Below, piece by piece: positions 26,094-35,594 of a DNA stretch of 64,000 nt (within the stretch, counting starts at the first letter, position 1; each line of letters begins with the position of its first letter). The stretch comes from a virus (Duplodnaviria > Heunggongvirae > Uroviricota > Caudoviricetes): positions 1 to 64,000 of IMG/VR virus record IMGVR_UViG_3300028888_001839. The stretch is one strand, 5' to 3'. The notes beneath the pieces were generated by a model. It was given only the letters and a program-made list of their open reading frames with translations. It did no database searches and was not told where the DNA came from. The position numbers were made by a program, and so were the translations under genes.

Positions 26094-29000
26094 ATGATGG
26101 CGCACAACAAGTTTAGATTCCCCAATCAGGGAGCACGTGAGCTGAATGAACTCACCTCGTGGAACACGATTTCTGCGGGGTTGAACAATGCTCGTGGTTA
26201 TGCAAAGAAGGTTGGCGCGAATGCAACCTATGCGAGACAGATACATACGGAGAATGAAGAGGGGCGAGCGAAGATAAAGTATGGGCAGTTCACCGCAGGC
26301 ATAGGGAGCATAAGGGGGAAGGTTGGAGGGGAGGCCGGACAGAAGGTAGATGCTAGCATTGCCTCATTCCTGCAGAAGTTGCAGGCGGCTGGTGGACACA
26401 AGATAGGCGGTGCCGACCTCTCGAAAGCGATAGCAGACCTCCACAAGGAGATAGGCAGAATCGCCACCACGATGGGAGGGGCGCAAGGCAATATCCTGAA
26501 AGATTTCACTAGAGACCTGAAGGAAGCGAAGAATGCCGCCGCAAGAGGGGGACTCGGAGCGGTAGGGGGAGGAACCAGGGATGCGATAAAAACCGCTTTC
26601 GGTCTTAAGGCGGACAACTCGATAGATGAAGCAAGAAAGAAGATTGCTTCTGACGTCAGGCAAGCGGCGAAGTCGCTAGCCGATCCTTCGTTGAAGCAGG
26701 CGGTAGCGCAGGTCATCGGTGAGATGCACCGCCTGTCCAATGCGGCGAAAACCTCCGCAGAGAAGCAGAAGATTCTCGCCAACACACAAGCGAGGCTCAC
26801 TCGAATAGCGGGAGGTGCGGCTGGCGCCGACAAGACGGTGATGGAGGGCATCGTCAAGACCACAAGCAAGAATACTTCGGAACTAAAGAAGAGCCTAGTA
26901 GGACAGGCGGCTAACCGCAAGGGGCTAGAGTTCAACAACAAGCTTGCCACGCTAACCCATAGCATAGGGAGCGTGACGAGATACCTCATTCCGCTCAAGA
27001 GGACGCTCGACGTAGGGAATGCCGTATTCCAGGCCGTCAACAGCAAGTTCAACCAGTTTGCTCGGATGCAGATGAGAATATCTGCGGAACGTGGCGGATT
27101 TGGACGGCAGGTTAGAGGTGCTGGAATCAACTACGGACACATGATGGCTGCCATAGGCGCTGGAAGAAGCGCTGGCATGGAAGACCGTCAGGTTGTCGGG
27201 CAGATGGTAGAGCTGCAGACCCAGTTAGCGCAGGCCAGATGGGGCGAGGGCGGTTTAGCGGAGAACGTGGGGCGGTGGGGAATATCCGTCTACAATGGCG
27301 CAGGCGACGTGAAGCAGGCGCATGAGATGATGGTGGAGTTCTCCCGCAAGCTGCGGTCGCTCGGCTCGGACATGGAAAAGTTGCAGTTCCTCCATGCGAT
27401 AGGGAGAAGCCCGGAGGAGATGGAGTACGTCGCGAACTATGAGAAGAGCGCGCGGCGGATGGAATGGCTCAAGAAGAACCCACACATGATGGGTGTTCTG
27501 GATAGGGCTGATATGCTTGACGAAAGCGGTTTCAATGCGAAGGCTGATGCCGCTACAAAGATAGAACTTCGTAGGAGAGAGATTCTAAACCAGAATGCTA
27601 TGGAGCAAGGCCCGTTTGAGGCATTGAAGCGGTCTCTCAATCCTGAAAACTGGCTGTTTAGCGATTGGACTGCGCGACAGAAGGGTGTGCAGCAGGCTCG
27701 CGGTGAACTAGCGATGGAACGTCTCACCCGTGCAATCAATGAGAAGATAAGGCAGGATGAGAAGAATTCAAAGAAGTCCGATGTTGTAGCATCAGCGATG
27801 GCAACATTAAAACCGCAGGATGTTGCAGCGATTTCTGCAATAATGCAGAAGGATATAGATAACAAGGGTGACAAGTCAACCTATGCTCAAATATTGAAAT
27901 CGGTAGAAGAGCAGTATGGGCTAGCGTTTGATGTAAGGACTCCGATAGAGAAGTTGCAAGCTGCATTAGTACCTATCACAACTAAAGTAGCTGAGTGGGC
28001 TGAGGAAATATACAAGTGGCTAACAAAAAGCAAGACAGTAAATTACATAAAGGATAATCCAGGAAAGTCTATAGCTATTGCTGGCGGAGGTATCCTTGGA
28101 AGCATTCTTGGTAGTCTAGCTTTATTTAATTTGATTAGACACCCATTCCAGTCTGCAAAGAACATTAAAGGATTATGGAATTTCGGCAAGGGGATATTCA
28201 CAACCCCGATGTTCGCAGGAGCGGCTTCATCAGCAGCGCCTACGGCTACTGCGGCTACAAAGCCTAACTTATTCTCTAAAATGTGGGGTGGAATTAAGGG
28301 ATGGTTTGGTAGTAGCAATACACGAGGAGAGACGGCTTCTTCTACTAGTAAATCTCCTATAACAGAGATTACAAGAAGACGTCCACCTCCTTCGCCGTCT
28401 TCTTCTGGTTCTACATCATCAGTCCAAACAAATGGGCAACCTACGATTACAGAGAAAGACCTCCCCTCAAAGTCTTTCTCCCAGGCTGCAACTGACCTGA
28501 AGAAAGATTTTAATAATGAAATCCCAGCGAATTCTCATAGTGCGAAAATTTCTACAGGAGCATCAGGTACAAAAGGGGTTGGGGGAAAAATTCTTGGTGG
28601 CTTAAAGGGAGCGGGAGCAAGGGGGCTAGCAGGGCTTAAGGGAATAACTCGCGGCAATGTAATCACAAACGTAATTTGGACAGTCCCAGAACTATTAGAG
28701 GCAGGTGGCGAATATTTCCAAGGCAACACAAAAACCGCCAACCAAAAGCTTGGTGGTTCATTAGGTGGATTAGGTGGAGGTATGGCTGGTGCTGCCATTG
28801 GAGCTGGAATAGGTAGTGCGGTCCCTATTATTGGAACAGCCATAGGTGGAATCATAGGCGGCATTATAGGACATTTTGGCGGTAAAATGCTTGGTGGTGC
28901 TGTAGGTGATGCGGCGAACTGGGCTTTTGGTGCCGAGGATAGCACTGAGAAAGTAGCCGAATCTGCGGATAAGCATGAAGTAGCCTTATCTGATGGAGAG

Positions 29001-31046
29001 AAATATATCAAGGAAATAAGGGAACTGGTGAAATCGAATGAAGGTATCATCAAAGCCCAGAAGAGTCTGGCAGAAAAAGGTATTCACATTGAAGAAGGCG
29101 TGTTAAGAAGTCATAACTTCATGCACAACGACCAGTTTGCTGCACAAACAATGCAAACCGCTTTCTTGATGAAAGAATTAGGTTCTTATGCGGCGAAGAC
29201 AGGAAGGGCGATTAGTGCTGAGGAGTATGCTCGAAGGACAGAGCAGAATCCCTACATCATGGCTGCGAGGAATAGTGGAATAAAGGAGACTGAACAAGAT
29301 AGGCTTGCTGCTGCAACTGGTGGTCGTGGTTTTACACGAGAAGTAGTAGAAAACTATATGACAAAGGGAGGATTAACTAATGAGCGCATAGGATTTCATA
29401 GCCAGAAAGTAAGAGAAGAGCATAGTGATTGGACAGCAGGACAAGTTCTGGAAGAGGCTAAGAAACGTGCGGCAGAAGAACATACAAAGAAACTAACCCA
29501 GACGGACTATGATAATGAGAGGGATGCGATTATAGAAGAGCAGAAAGCTCTTCTAAAAGGGAGAGATGCTGCCGAACTTTTGGCAGAGCGAGCAGAATAT
29601 GAAAGTGCAAGGGAGTCTGGTGCGGCAAAGGACGGTTACTTCTATGGTAGACTTAAGGATGGCTCAGTAGGGCGTCTAAACGACAAAGGAAACTGGATTT
29701 ATGATAGTGGAAACGAAGTAGAGGATGAGCAAGGTAATCCTATCCATGTCCGAGATATAACTGACGAAGACCGAAAGAATCGTGATAGGATGATGCAGAT
29801 ATTGCAGAAGAATCCTGATATTACAGATGTCAAAACTTATGAAGCGGCAAAACTGCTTTCTTCTTCACCCGAAGCGCAACAGGAGTATGCTCTACGCGAG
29901 ATGCAGAAGCGCGGAATAGATGTCTCGAACCGAACGGAAGTTCAGAAGTTCAAGAGCGAGCAAGCGGCTGGATTTGAAAAGTTTCGTCGTGAGAACCAAC
30001 ATCTAGGGCTAGCGGAAGCAATCTCTACTTATTCCTATCAGACTGACATTTCAAAAGATGCTCTTCGGAATATAGTTGGTTATGGGAAGACGGATGACGA
30101 ACTTACTGAGGAAGAAAAGAAAGAAAAGCACAAAGGGTCTCAGTATCGGGCGGAAGAGAAAAAGAAGGAAGGGGAGAAGAGAAGAGCCGCTAGGAAAGCA
30201 GAGAGAGAAGCTGCTGCAAAAGGAGTGACCGAAGAAGAGGCTGCACAGTATCTAGGCGATGAGGGAGATGCGGCAGCATATATTCGACTAAGGAATAGGG
30301 TAGAGGGCGGTGCTACTCTTGACGAAAAAGAACAAAAGGCTTACGACAAATTTACGGACATAGTTGGGCGCAAGGCAGGTAGGGCAAAGAGAACGGCATA
30401 CAAGCCGCTCCATGAGCTAGACCCCTACAAGCCAGATGCGGAAGCACAGGCAGTATTCGCAACGTCAGTTGAACTAGTAAAGAAACAGAAGGCGAATAAG
30501 AACAAGCCACCACTAGCTCAGTTGTCCGATGTCCGCTATATTGGCAGTCTAATAGAGAGAGGAGGAATAGAAGACAACGATAAGGAACTAGAGAAGAACT
30601 TCGGGAAGCAAAGGACTCAGCAGTTTAGGAAAGCACAGCAGGATGGGTCATTGGATACCTTGATGAAGGATGTACAACATGGGGAAGATGTTGAGAGTAA
30701 AAAGCAAAGTTGGCTTCCTCATATATCAAGAGCGGATACGGCTACAGCGGCGATGGAAAGCACACAGACAAAAACGGAGCAGGCTTCTCAGCAGATGGCG
30801 GAGAAGGGAGCGGCAGCGGAGAGGGCGGCGGCTAGCGCTAAGAATGCAGCAAGTGGCGGAAGCGAATCGGGGGAAAAGAATATTACCATAAATATGGGCG
30901 GACAGCAGATTACCCAGAACATTCAGGGGGATTACTCAATGGATGCTGAAGGAATGAAGAAGGGGACATTACAGGGCGCGGCAGAGGTTGGCGACAAGTC
31001 TGCTCAGGCAGTCATGCTTGCCTGTGAAAACAGAAGCATATGCTAA
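26094..31046 (+). CDS. tail tape measure protein
   Basis: 1650 aa, helical and A/K/E-rich, with Gly-rich hydrophobic segments; position after the chaperones. Confidence 0.85.
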   Translation: MMAHNKFRFPNQGARELNELTSWNTISAGLNNARGYAKKVGANATYARQIHTENEEGRAKIKYGQFTAGIGSIRGKVGGEAGQKVDASIASFLQKLQAAGGHKIGGADLSKAIADLHKEIGRIATTMGGAQGNILKDFTRDLKEAKNAAARGGLGAVGGGTRDAIKTAFGLKADNSIDEARKKIASDVRQAAKSLADPSLKQAVAQVIGEMHRLSNAAKTSAEKQKILANTQARLTRIAGGAAGADKTVMEGIVKTTSKNTSELKKSLVGQAANRKGLEFNNKLATLTHSIGSVTRYLIPLKRTLDVGNAVFQAVNSKFNQFARMQMRISAERGGFGRQVRGAGINYGHMMAAIGAGRSAGMEDRQVVGQMVELQTQLAQARWGEGGLAENVGRWGISVYNGAGDVKQAHEMMVEFSRKLRSLGSDMEKLQFLHAIGRSPEEMEYVANYEKSARRMEWLKKNPHMMGVLDRADMLDESGFNAKADAATKIELRRREILNQNAMEQGPFEALKRSLNPENWLFSDWTARQKGVQQARGELAMERLTRAINEKIRQDEKNSKKSDVVASAMATLKPQDVAAISAIMQKDIDNKGDKSTYAQILKSVEEQYGLAFDVRTPIEKLQAALVPITTKVAEWAEEIYKWLTKSKTVNYIKDNPGKSIAIAGGGILGSILGSLALFNLIRHPFQSAKNIKGLWNFGKGIFTTPMFAGAASSAAPTATAATKPNLFSKMWGGIKGWFGSSNTRGETASSTSKSPITEITRRRPPPSPSSSGSTSSVQTNGQPTITEKDLPSKSFSQAATDLKKDFNNEIPANSHSAKISTGASGTKGVGGKILGGLKGAGARGLAGLKGITRGNVITNVIWTVPELLEAGGEYFQGNTKTANQKLGGSLGGLGGGMAGAAIGAGIGSAVPIIGTAIGGIIGGIIGHFGGKMLGGAVGDAANWAFGAEDSTEKVAESADKHEVALSDGEKYIKEIRELVKSNEGIIKAQKSLAEKGIHIEEGVLRSHNFMHNDQFAAQTMQTAFLMKELGSYAAKTGRAISAEEYARRTEQNPYIMAARNSGIKETEQDRLAAATGGRGFTREVVENYMTKGGLTNERIGFHSQKVREEHSDWTAGQVLEEAKKRAAEEHTKKLTQTDYDNERDAIIEEQKALLKGRDAAELLAERAEYESARESGAAKDGYFYGRLKDGSVGRLNDKGNWIYDSGNEVEDEQGNPIHVRDITDEDRKNRDRMMQILQKNPDITDVKTYEAAKLLSSSPEAQQEYALREMQKRGIDVSNRTEVQKFKSEQAAGFEKFRRENQHLGLAEAISTYSYQTDISKDALRNIVGYGKTDDELTEEEKKEKHKGSQYRAEEKKKEGEKRRAARKAEREAAAKGVTEEEAAQYLGDEGDAAAYIRLRNRVEGGATLDEKEQKAYDKFTDIVGRKAGRAKRTAYKPLHELDPYKPDAEAQAVFATSVELVKKQKANKNKPPLAQLSDVRYIGSLIERGGIEDNDKELEKNFGKQRTQQFRKAQQDGSLDTLMKDVQHGEDVESKKQSWLPHISRADTATAAMESTQTKTEQASQQMAEKGAAAERAAASAKNAASGGSESGEKNITINMGGQQITQNIQGDYSMDAEGMKKGTLQGAAEVGDKSAQAVMLACENRSIC

Positions 31047-31092
31047 TGAAGGCATTTCGCTCTTGTCGGGCATATTATGAGGTAATAGTGAC

Positions 31093-31512
31093 ATGGAAGA
31101 TTTTGAAAAAGATGGAGGAGGCGGGAAAGTACAGCCTGTGTACATAGCTGTTCAGGGTTTTCCGTTGGTGCAGATATTTCCTACCAATTATACCCAGAAA
31201 GACCACTGTTCGTTGCTCGGGTCTCCTTCTGAATCGGGAACAACGCAATATGACAACAAGGTGACACAGCCGTCTACAGTCCAATTTACTGGCATAGTGA
31301 AGTCTACTCAAAAAGGGGTATTCAAGACTATACGAGATATAATGAAGAAGAATCGGCTATCCGACATCATCTGCCAGTTTCAGTCGAAAGCCGGGCAGAT
31401 AGATAATATGATTATTGATTCCCTTGAAGAGGTCGGAGAGTCCAATAGGTATGACGGAATAGAAATACGGGTGTCCATGACGGAATTCCTAGAACACAAC
31501 AAGCAACCCTAA
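31093..31512 (+). CDS. Dit-like / tube-initiator baseplate protein
   Basis: PSESGTTQYDNKVTQPSTV and NMIIDSL; follows the tape measure gene. Confidence 0.65.
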   Translation: MEDFEKDGGGGKVQPVYIAVQGFPLVQIFPTNYTQKDHCSLLGSPSESGTTQYDNKVTQPSTVQFTGIVKSTQKGVFKTIRDIMKKNRLSDIICQFQSKAGQIDNMIIDSLEEVGESNRYDGIEIRVSMTEFLEHNKQP

Positions 31513-31527
31513 AGGGGGCATTGTTTC

Positions 31528-31863
31528 ATGACGGAACGTTACATAGCAACCACTGAAGACCAGACAACGGTTCTTTCCATAAATGGGAAGTCCTTTACCT
31601 TTAGATTTTTCGCATTTCGTGGTCTGATGTATGTTGACATTTCACGGAACGATGTCAGGATAGTGACAGGCAAGCGGATTATGGCTAATAGGTGGCTCAT
31701 ACCCGAATATGTAGCCACGGGCATAGGAAACATACGGTTCGAGACCTACAAGGCAGATGGGGACGACTATGTGTGGTATGAAGAGTTCAATAACAAGTTT
31801 CGTCTCGTTGCTTATAAGGCATCTGAGATAGAAGAGATGGAAGCCAAATCAATAGAGGGATAA
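31528..31863 (+). CDS. small baseplate protein
   Basis: GLMYVDI, GNIRF, YEEF...LVAY; gene order. Confidence 0.6.
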   Translation: MTERYIATTEDQTTVLSINGKSFTFRFFAFRGLMYVDISRNDVRIVTGKRIMANRWLIPEYVATGIGNIRFETYKADGDDYVWYEEFNNKFRLVAYKASEIEEMEAKSIEG

Positions 31864-31867
31864 GGCT

Positions 31868-32818
31868 ATGGCTTCGTCTAAATACTTTGGGAGAGCATAT
31901 AGGATAACCTTCACCAAGGGGAATGGAGGTTCGTCTACCGTATTCCAGACAGAGGACGGAAAGCCCGCTATGGACATCAAGTTCGACGTGACGTATGCAC
32001 TTGGTCAGACGGCACGATTTGGGTCTATCTCCATTCTCGGATTGAAGTATGAGACTATCTCAGAATTCATTAAGCTCGCAACAATGGAAAGGGGCGCAGC
32101 ACTAAGCGAGCGCATGAGAGTAAGGCTTGAGGTTGGCTACTTCTCTGGTGGTGGTAAACTGGTTGAAGTGTTGAATGGGTTTGTATATTATGCAACTGTC
32201 GCTTCGCCGCCCCAAATGTGGCTTAATCTGAAGATATCCGAATACGATCCTGATGGGGCAAAAGCAATCAAGATGGCAAACGTGACCTCTAATGTCCCGA
32301 TGAGGGAATTCCTGACTCAGGTGACGGATGCTATATCCTCCCCAGACGACGGCGAAGGCATAGAGTGTACATGGGAAGACATGACAGAAGATGGTGTCGT
32401 GGACAGCGACGATGAAATAAAGACTATAGAGCTCAACGAAAAAGAGTCGCTTGGTGGCATAATAAACAAGCTCAATAGCTGCTACGACAAGGCACAGTTT
32501 ATCATAAGAAACAGCCGTGAAGAAGATATCCTCGTCATCGAAGCTCATGACAAGGATGCAAAGAAACGAACTAAAGGAACTGTCCAGGTTGATGCGAACA
32601 ACGGGCTCCTGTCGGTAACAGGACTTGACCCAGTAGGTGGCTGCGTCACGACTTTCATAGATGGAGGAGCAATAGATGAACTTTGTCGGCTGAACCTTAC
32701 CAGCAAACTTAATCCGCAGGCGAATGGGACATATCTGATTATTAAGAAACAGTATGTAGGGCATTTCATGGGACAGGAGTGGTATACTAGGTACTTCTGC
32801 TCCGCTAGAGAGGATTAG
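31868..32818 (+). CDS. baseplate hub protein
   Basis: RVRLEVGY, LTSKLNPQANGTY...WY; gene order. Confidence 0.7.
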   Translation: MASSKYFGRAYRITFTKGNGGSSTVFQTEDGKPAMDIKFDVTYALGQTARFGSISILGLKYETISEFIKLATMERGAALSERMRVRLEVGYFSGGGKLVEVLNGFVYYATVASPPQMWLNLKISEYDPDGAKAIKMANVTSNVPMREFLTQVTDAISSPDDGEGIECTWEDMTEDGVVDSDDEIKTIELNEKESLGGIINKLNSCYDKAQFIIRNSREEDILVIEAHDKDAKKRTKGTVQVDANNGLLSVTGLDPVGGCVTTFIDGGAIDELCRLNLTSKLNPQANGTYLIIKKQYVGHFMGQEWYTRYFCSARED

Positions 32819-34287
32819 TGGGTTTTATGATTGACGACAATGCACCAGAGACTCAGATAGAACCGGGATTCCAGAATGCCCCGAATGACCTTACGATTGC
32901 GATGAAAGCTTTCGGAACTGGGTTGATGAGAGGTCTTCATATCTGCTTCCCTGCCTGCGTGTATTCTTTCGATCGGACAACGCACATTGCAAAGGTAATG
33001 CCGCTAGTGAAGCAGGCCTTCTACAACGGAGAATGGATATACCTGCGAAGGCAGCCTTTCGACACCACTGTCAGAAATATCCAGGCAGGCGGTTTCACCA
33101 TAGACTTCCCCCTCTTTGTCGGAGACACGGGCTGGGTATTTGCGAGCGACAGAGATACGCAGCTTCTTAAGCGTGAGGGGGCCCTTACCAATTCGGTTCT
33201 TGCTGCGGATAGGAACATCGCCACAATAGAGGATAAATACCAGCAGAAACCAAACACCTTGCAGATAAACAAGTGGACATTTGGATTCTTTCTTCCCGAC
33301 AACTGGGGCAAATGGGAAACACATCGTTTCAAGGATAGCCCAGGTGTAGCAATAGGCAATGCCCTATACATAGGTTCGTCCATAGACACGGAAGATGAGG
33401 ATGATGCCGGCGGCCAGAAAGGAGATGGGTATGAGCAGAAGACGACTTCTTCCGTTGTCCTGCAGAAAGGTGGAGGAGCCTATGTCCTATCCAGCACCAA
33501 GACAAAGCCAGATGACGCAAAGGGGCGTAGCCGGACCTCCAAGGTTTCGGTAGTTGGAGACACCGTTGAAATCGCCGTGAGCGACATGACGGAAGACACT
33601 CCGATAGATGCCTCCATAACAATAGGGACGGAATCTGGAATCGTCATACGTCAGGACAATCCGAAGGACAATCTAAACTTTATCGCTTCCGTGCAGGAAG
33701 ATCAGTTCACGATGAGGCTCATGGACATAGAGAACAAGAAGACCGTGAGCATGGCGTTCGAGAATGGGCAGTTGGATGTCCACACGACAGATGCGGTGAA
33801 CATCTTCTCCCAGAAGGACGTGAACATCAAGGGCGCGGAACATGCCTATGTAACCGCAAATGATGCCAGAGTGGTGGCAGAGGACACGGCATCAGTGGCT
33901 GCCAAGACCGTATCGGCATCTGCCGAAGAAACCGTGAACATTGCTGCTGGGCAGAAGATTAACCTTACTGCGCCTAATGCGATAAGTCTCGTGACGGCCT
34001 CAGATGTCACGATTATGGCGAAGAAGAAAGGCGCAAGCATAAAGGTTGACACCCTTTCGAAGGACGCTAAGATTGAGGTGAAATCAAAGGGAGATAATGC
34101 TAATATCAGTCTGGAGGCAGAGAAAGCCAACATCAGAATAAAAGCCCAAAAGGAAGTTGCGATAACCGGAGAGCAGGTTAAAATATCCGGGAAGTTTTCG
34201 GTTAGCGGAGAATCGTCTTTCTCTGGAGCTACGACCGTCAACGGGCATTCATTGAACTACAATACAGCACATGCACACTGGGTGTAA
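32818..34287 (+). CDS. baseplate central spike (Gp138/gpV-like)
   Basis: PACVYSFD, AGGFTIDFPLFVGDTGWVFASDRD, long beta-repeat region, terminal H-x-H (HAH). Confidence 0.82.
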   Translation: MGFMIDDNAPETQIEPGFQNAPNDLTIAMKAFGTGLMRGLHICFPACVYSFDRTTHIAKVMPLVKQAFYNGEWIYLRRQPFDTTVRNIQAGGFTIDFPLFVGDTGWVFASDRDTQLLKREGALTNSVLAADRNIATIEDKYQQKPNTLQINKWTFGFFLPDNWGKWETHRFKDSPGVAIGNALYIGSSIDTEDEDDAGGQKGDGYEQKTTSSVVLQKGGGAYVLSSTKTKPDDAKGRSRTSKVSVVGDTVEIAVSDMTEDTPIDASITIGTESGIVIRQDNPKDNLNFIASVQEDQFTMRLMDIENKKTVSMAFENGQLDVHTTDAVNIFSQKDVNIKGAEHAYVTANDARVVAEDTASVAAKTVSASAEETVNIAAGQKINLTAPNAISLVTASDVTIMAKKKGASIKVDTLSKDAKIEVKSKGDNANISLEAEKANIRIKAQKEVAITGEQVKISGKFSVSGESSFSGATTVNGHSLNYNTAHAHWV

Positions 34288-34292
34288 TTTCG

Positions 34293-34308
34293 TTTCCTTT
34301 AGGGCAAT
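34293..34308 (+). promoter_or_regulatory. candidate late promoter TTT-N7-GGCAWT
   Basis: TTT cctttag GGCAAT, 12 nt before ATG 34321. Confidence 0.5.
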
Positions 34309-34320
34309 AATTGAACAACC

Positions 34321-35577
34321 ATGGACTACACCGACCTATACAACTTCCAGACGAGTACGGGCATAATCGTCCCGAATGATTCGTCCGTTCTTCTAGGGAT
34401 TCAGAAGAAGTTTCAGGAGATATTCGGTACGGACATAGACCTGTCTGCCGAGACTCCCGTTGGACGTCTCATCGAGGCTTTCGCAGTTGTGGTGAAGACT
34501 ACTCTTGGCATTACCGCCCAGACCGCAAACCAGTTCAACGTGAACGAGGCTACGGGAATCTATCTCGATGCGATAGCCCAGATATACGACTTGAAGCGGA
34601 TAGCAGGTACAAAGACCAAGATTACTATCAAGTGCTACTTCTCCGACAATGTGACGGGCACGACCACTATTCCCGCTGGTTCTCTCATAATGAGCACGTC
34701 CAACGGAAAGATGTTCAGCATTGACAGCGCCATAACCAACACAGGAGCGGAGGTTGAGGAATCAACGGGGCGGCATTATGCGGTAGGCACCGCAACCGCA
34801 ACGCAGACTGGACCCATCGTTGCGCCAGCGGGTACAGTCAACTCCATTCAGACTTCCGTGATGGGATGGAACGGCGTTACTAACATCGGCCCTACTTACA
34901 CCGGTACCGACATAGAGACGGACGAGGCTTTCCGCAACCGCATAATGACTTCCCGCCCAGTAGGAATCGGTTTCAACACTCACCTTGTTTCCGCATTGAA
35001 TAGGCTAGACGGAGTTTACTCCAACTGCGTTCTTGAGAACAACACCGGCACCGACATGGTGAAGAAGGACATTGTGATTCCGCCGCACTCCATATTTGTC
35101 GGGATAGACTGCATCGAAACCAACGACCTTCTCGCTGAGATTGCGGAGGAAGTTTCGAGGGCTAAGCCAATCGGGGTTGGAATGGTGCATGAGGGCGTTA
35201 CCGCCGCAACTCTCATAAGCCGAGAGGTGAAGTACGGCTACAACAACGGCTATTCGCAGACTATCCATTTCTACAAGGCGAAGAAAACCGCCATCATGGT
35301 AGACCTCACGTACTCATTCGGAAAGTACACGGGAGACAACATCTCGAACGACATTGCGGAAGTCATTTCCGAATACGTTGATTCCGTAGGGGTAGGCGGA
35401 ACCGTGTACGGCACGATGATAGCCAACGAGCTCATCAACCGCCTTAACATCGGCATCGGGACTGTGTGGCTGCAGAAGGAGGGCAGCAACATTCCCGCCG
35501 ACAACTCCGTGGAGATGATGGGCTATGAGACTCCATATGCCATAGCCGACAACATTTCTATCACCGAAATCACCTAG
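34321..35577 (+). CDS. baseplate J-like wedge protein
   Basis: TGIIVP, FGTDIDLSAETPVGRLI, ATGIYLDAI, GWNGVTN, ETDEAFRNRI, PPHSIFV. Confidence 0.9.
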   Translation: MDYTDLYNFQTSTGIIVPNDSSVLLGIQKKFQEIFGTDIDLSAETPVGRLIEAFAVVVKTTLGITAQTANQFNVNEATGIYLDAIAQIYDLKRIAGTKTKITIKCYFSDNVTGTTTIPAGSLIMSTSNGKMFSIDSAITNTGAEVEESTGRHYAVGTATATQTGPIVAPAGTVNSIQTSVMGWNGVTNIGPTYTGTDIETDEAFRNRIMTSRPVGIGFNTHLVSALNRLDGVYSNCVLENNTGTDMVKKDIVIPPHSIFVGIDCIETNDLLAEIAEEVSRAKPIGVGMVHEGVTAATLISREVKYGYNNGYSQTIHFYKAKKTAIMVDLTYSFGKYTGDNISNDIAEVISEYVDSVGVGGTVYGTMIANELINRLNIGIGTVWLQKEGSNIPADNSVEMMGYETPYAIADNISITEIT

Positions 35578-35594
35578 ACGGGGGTAGATGTTGG

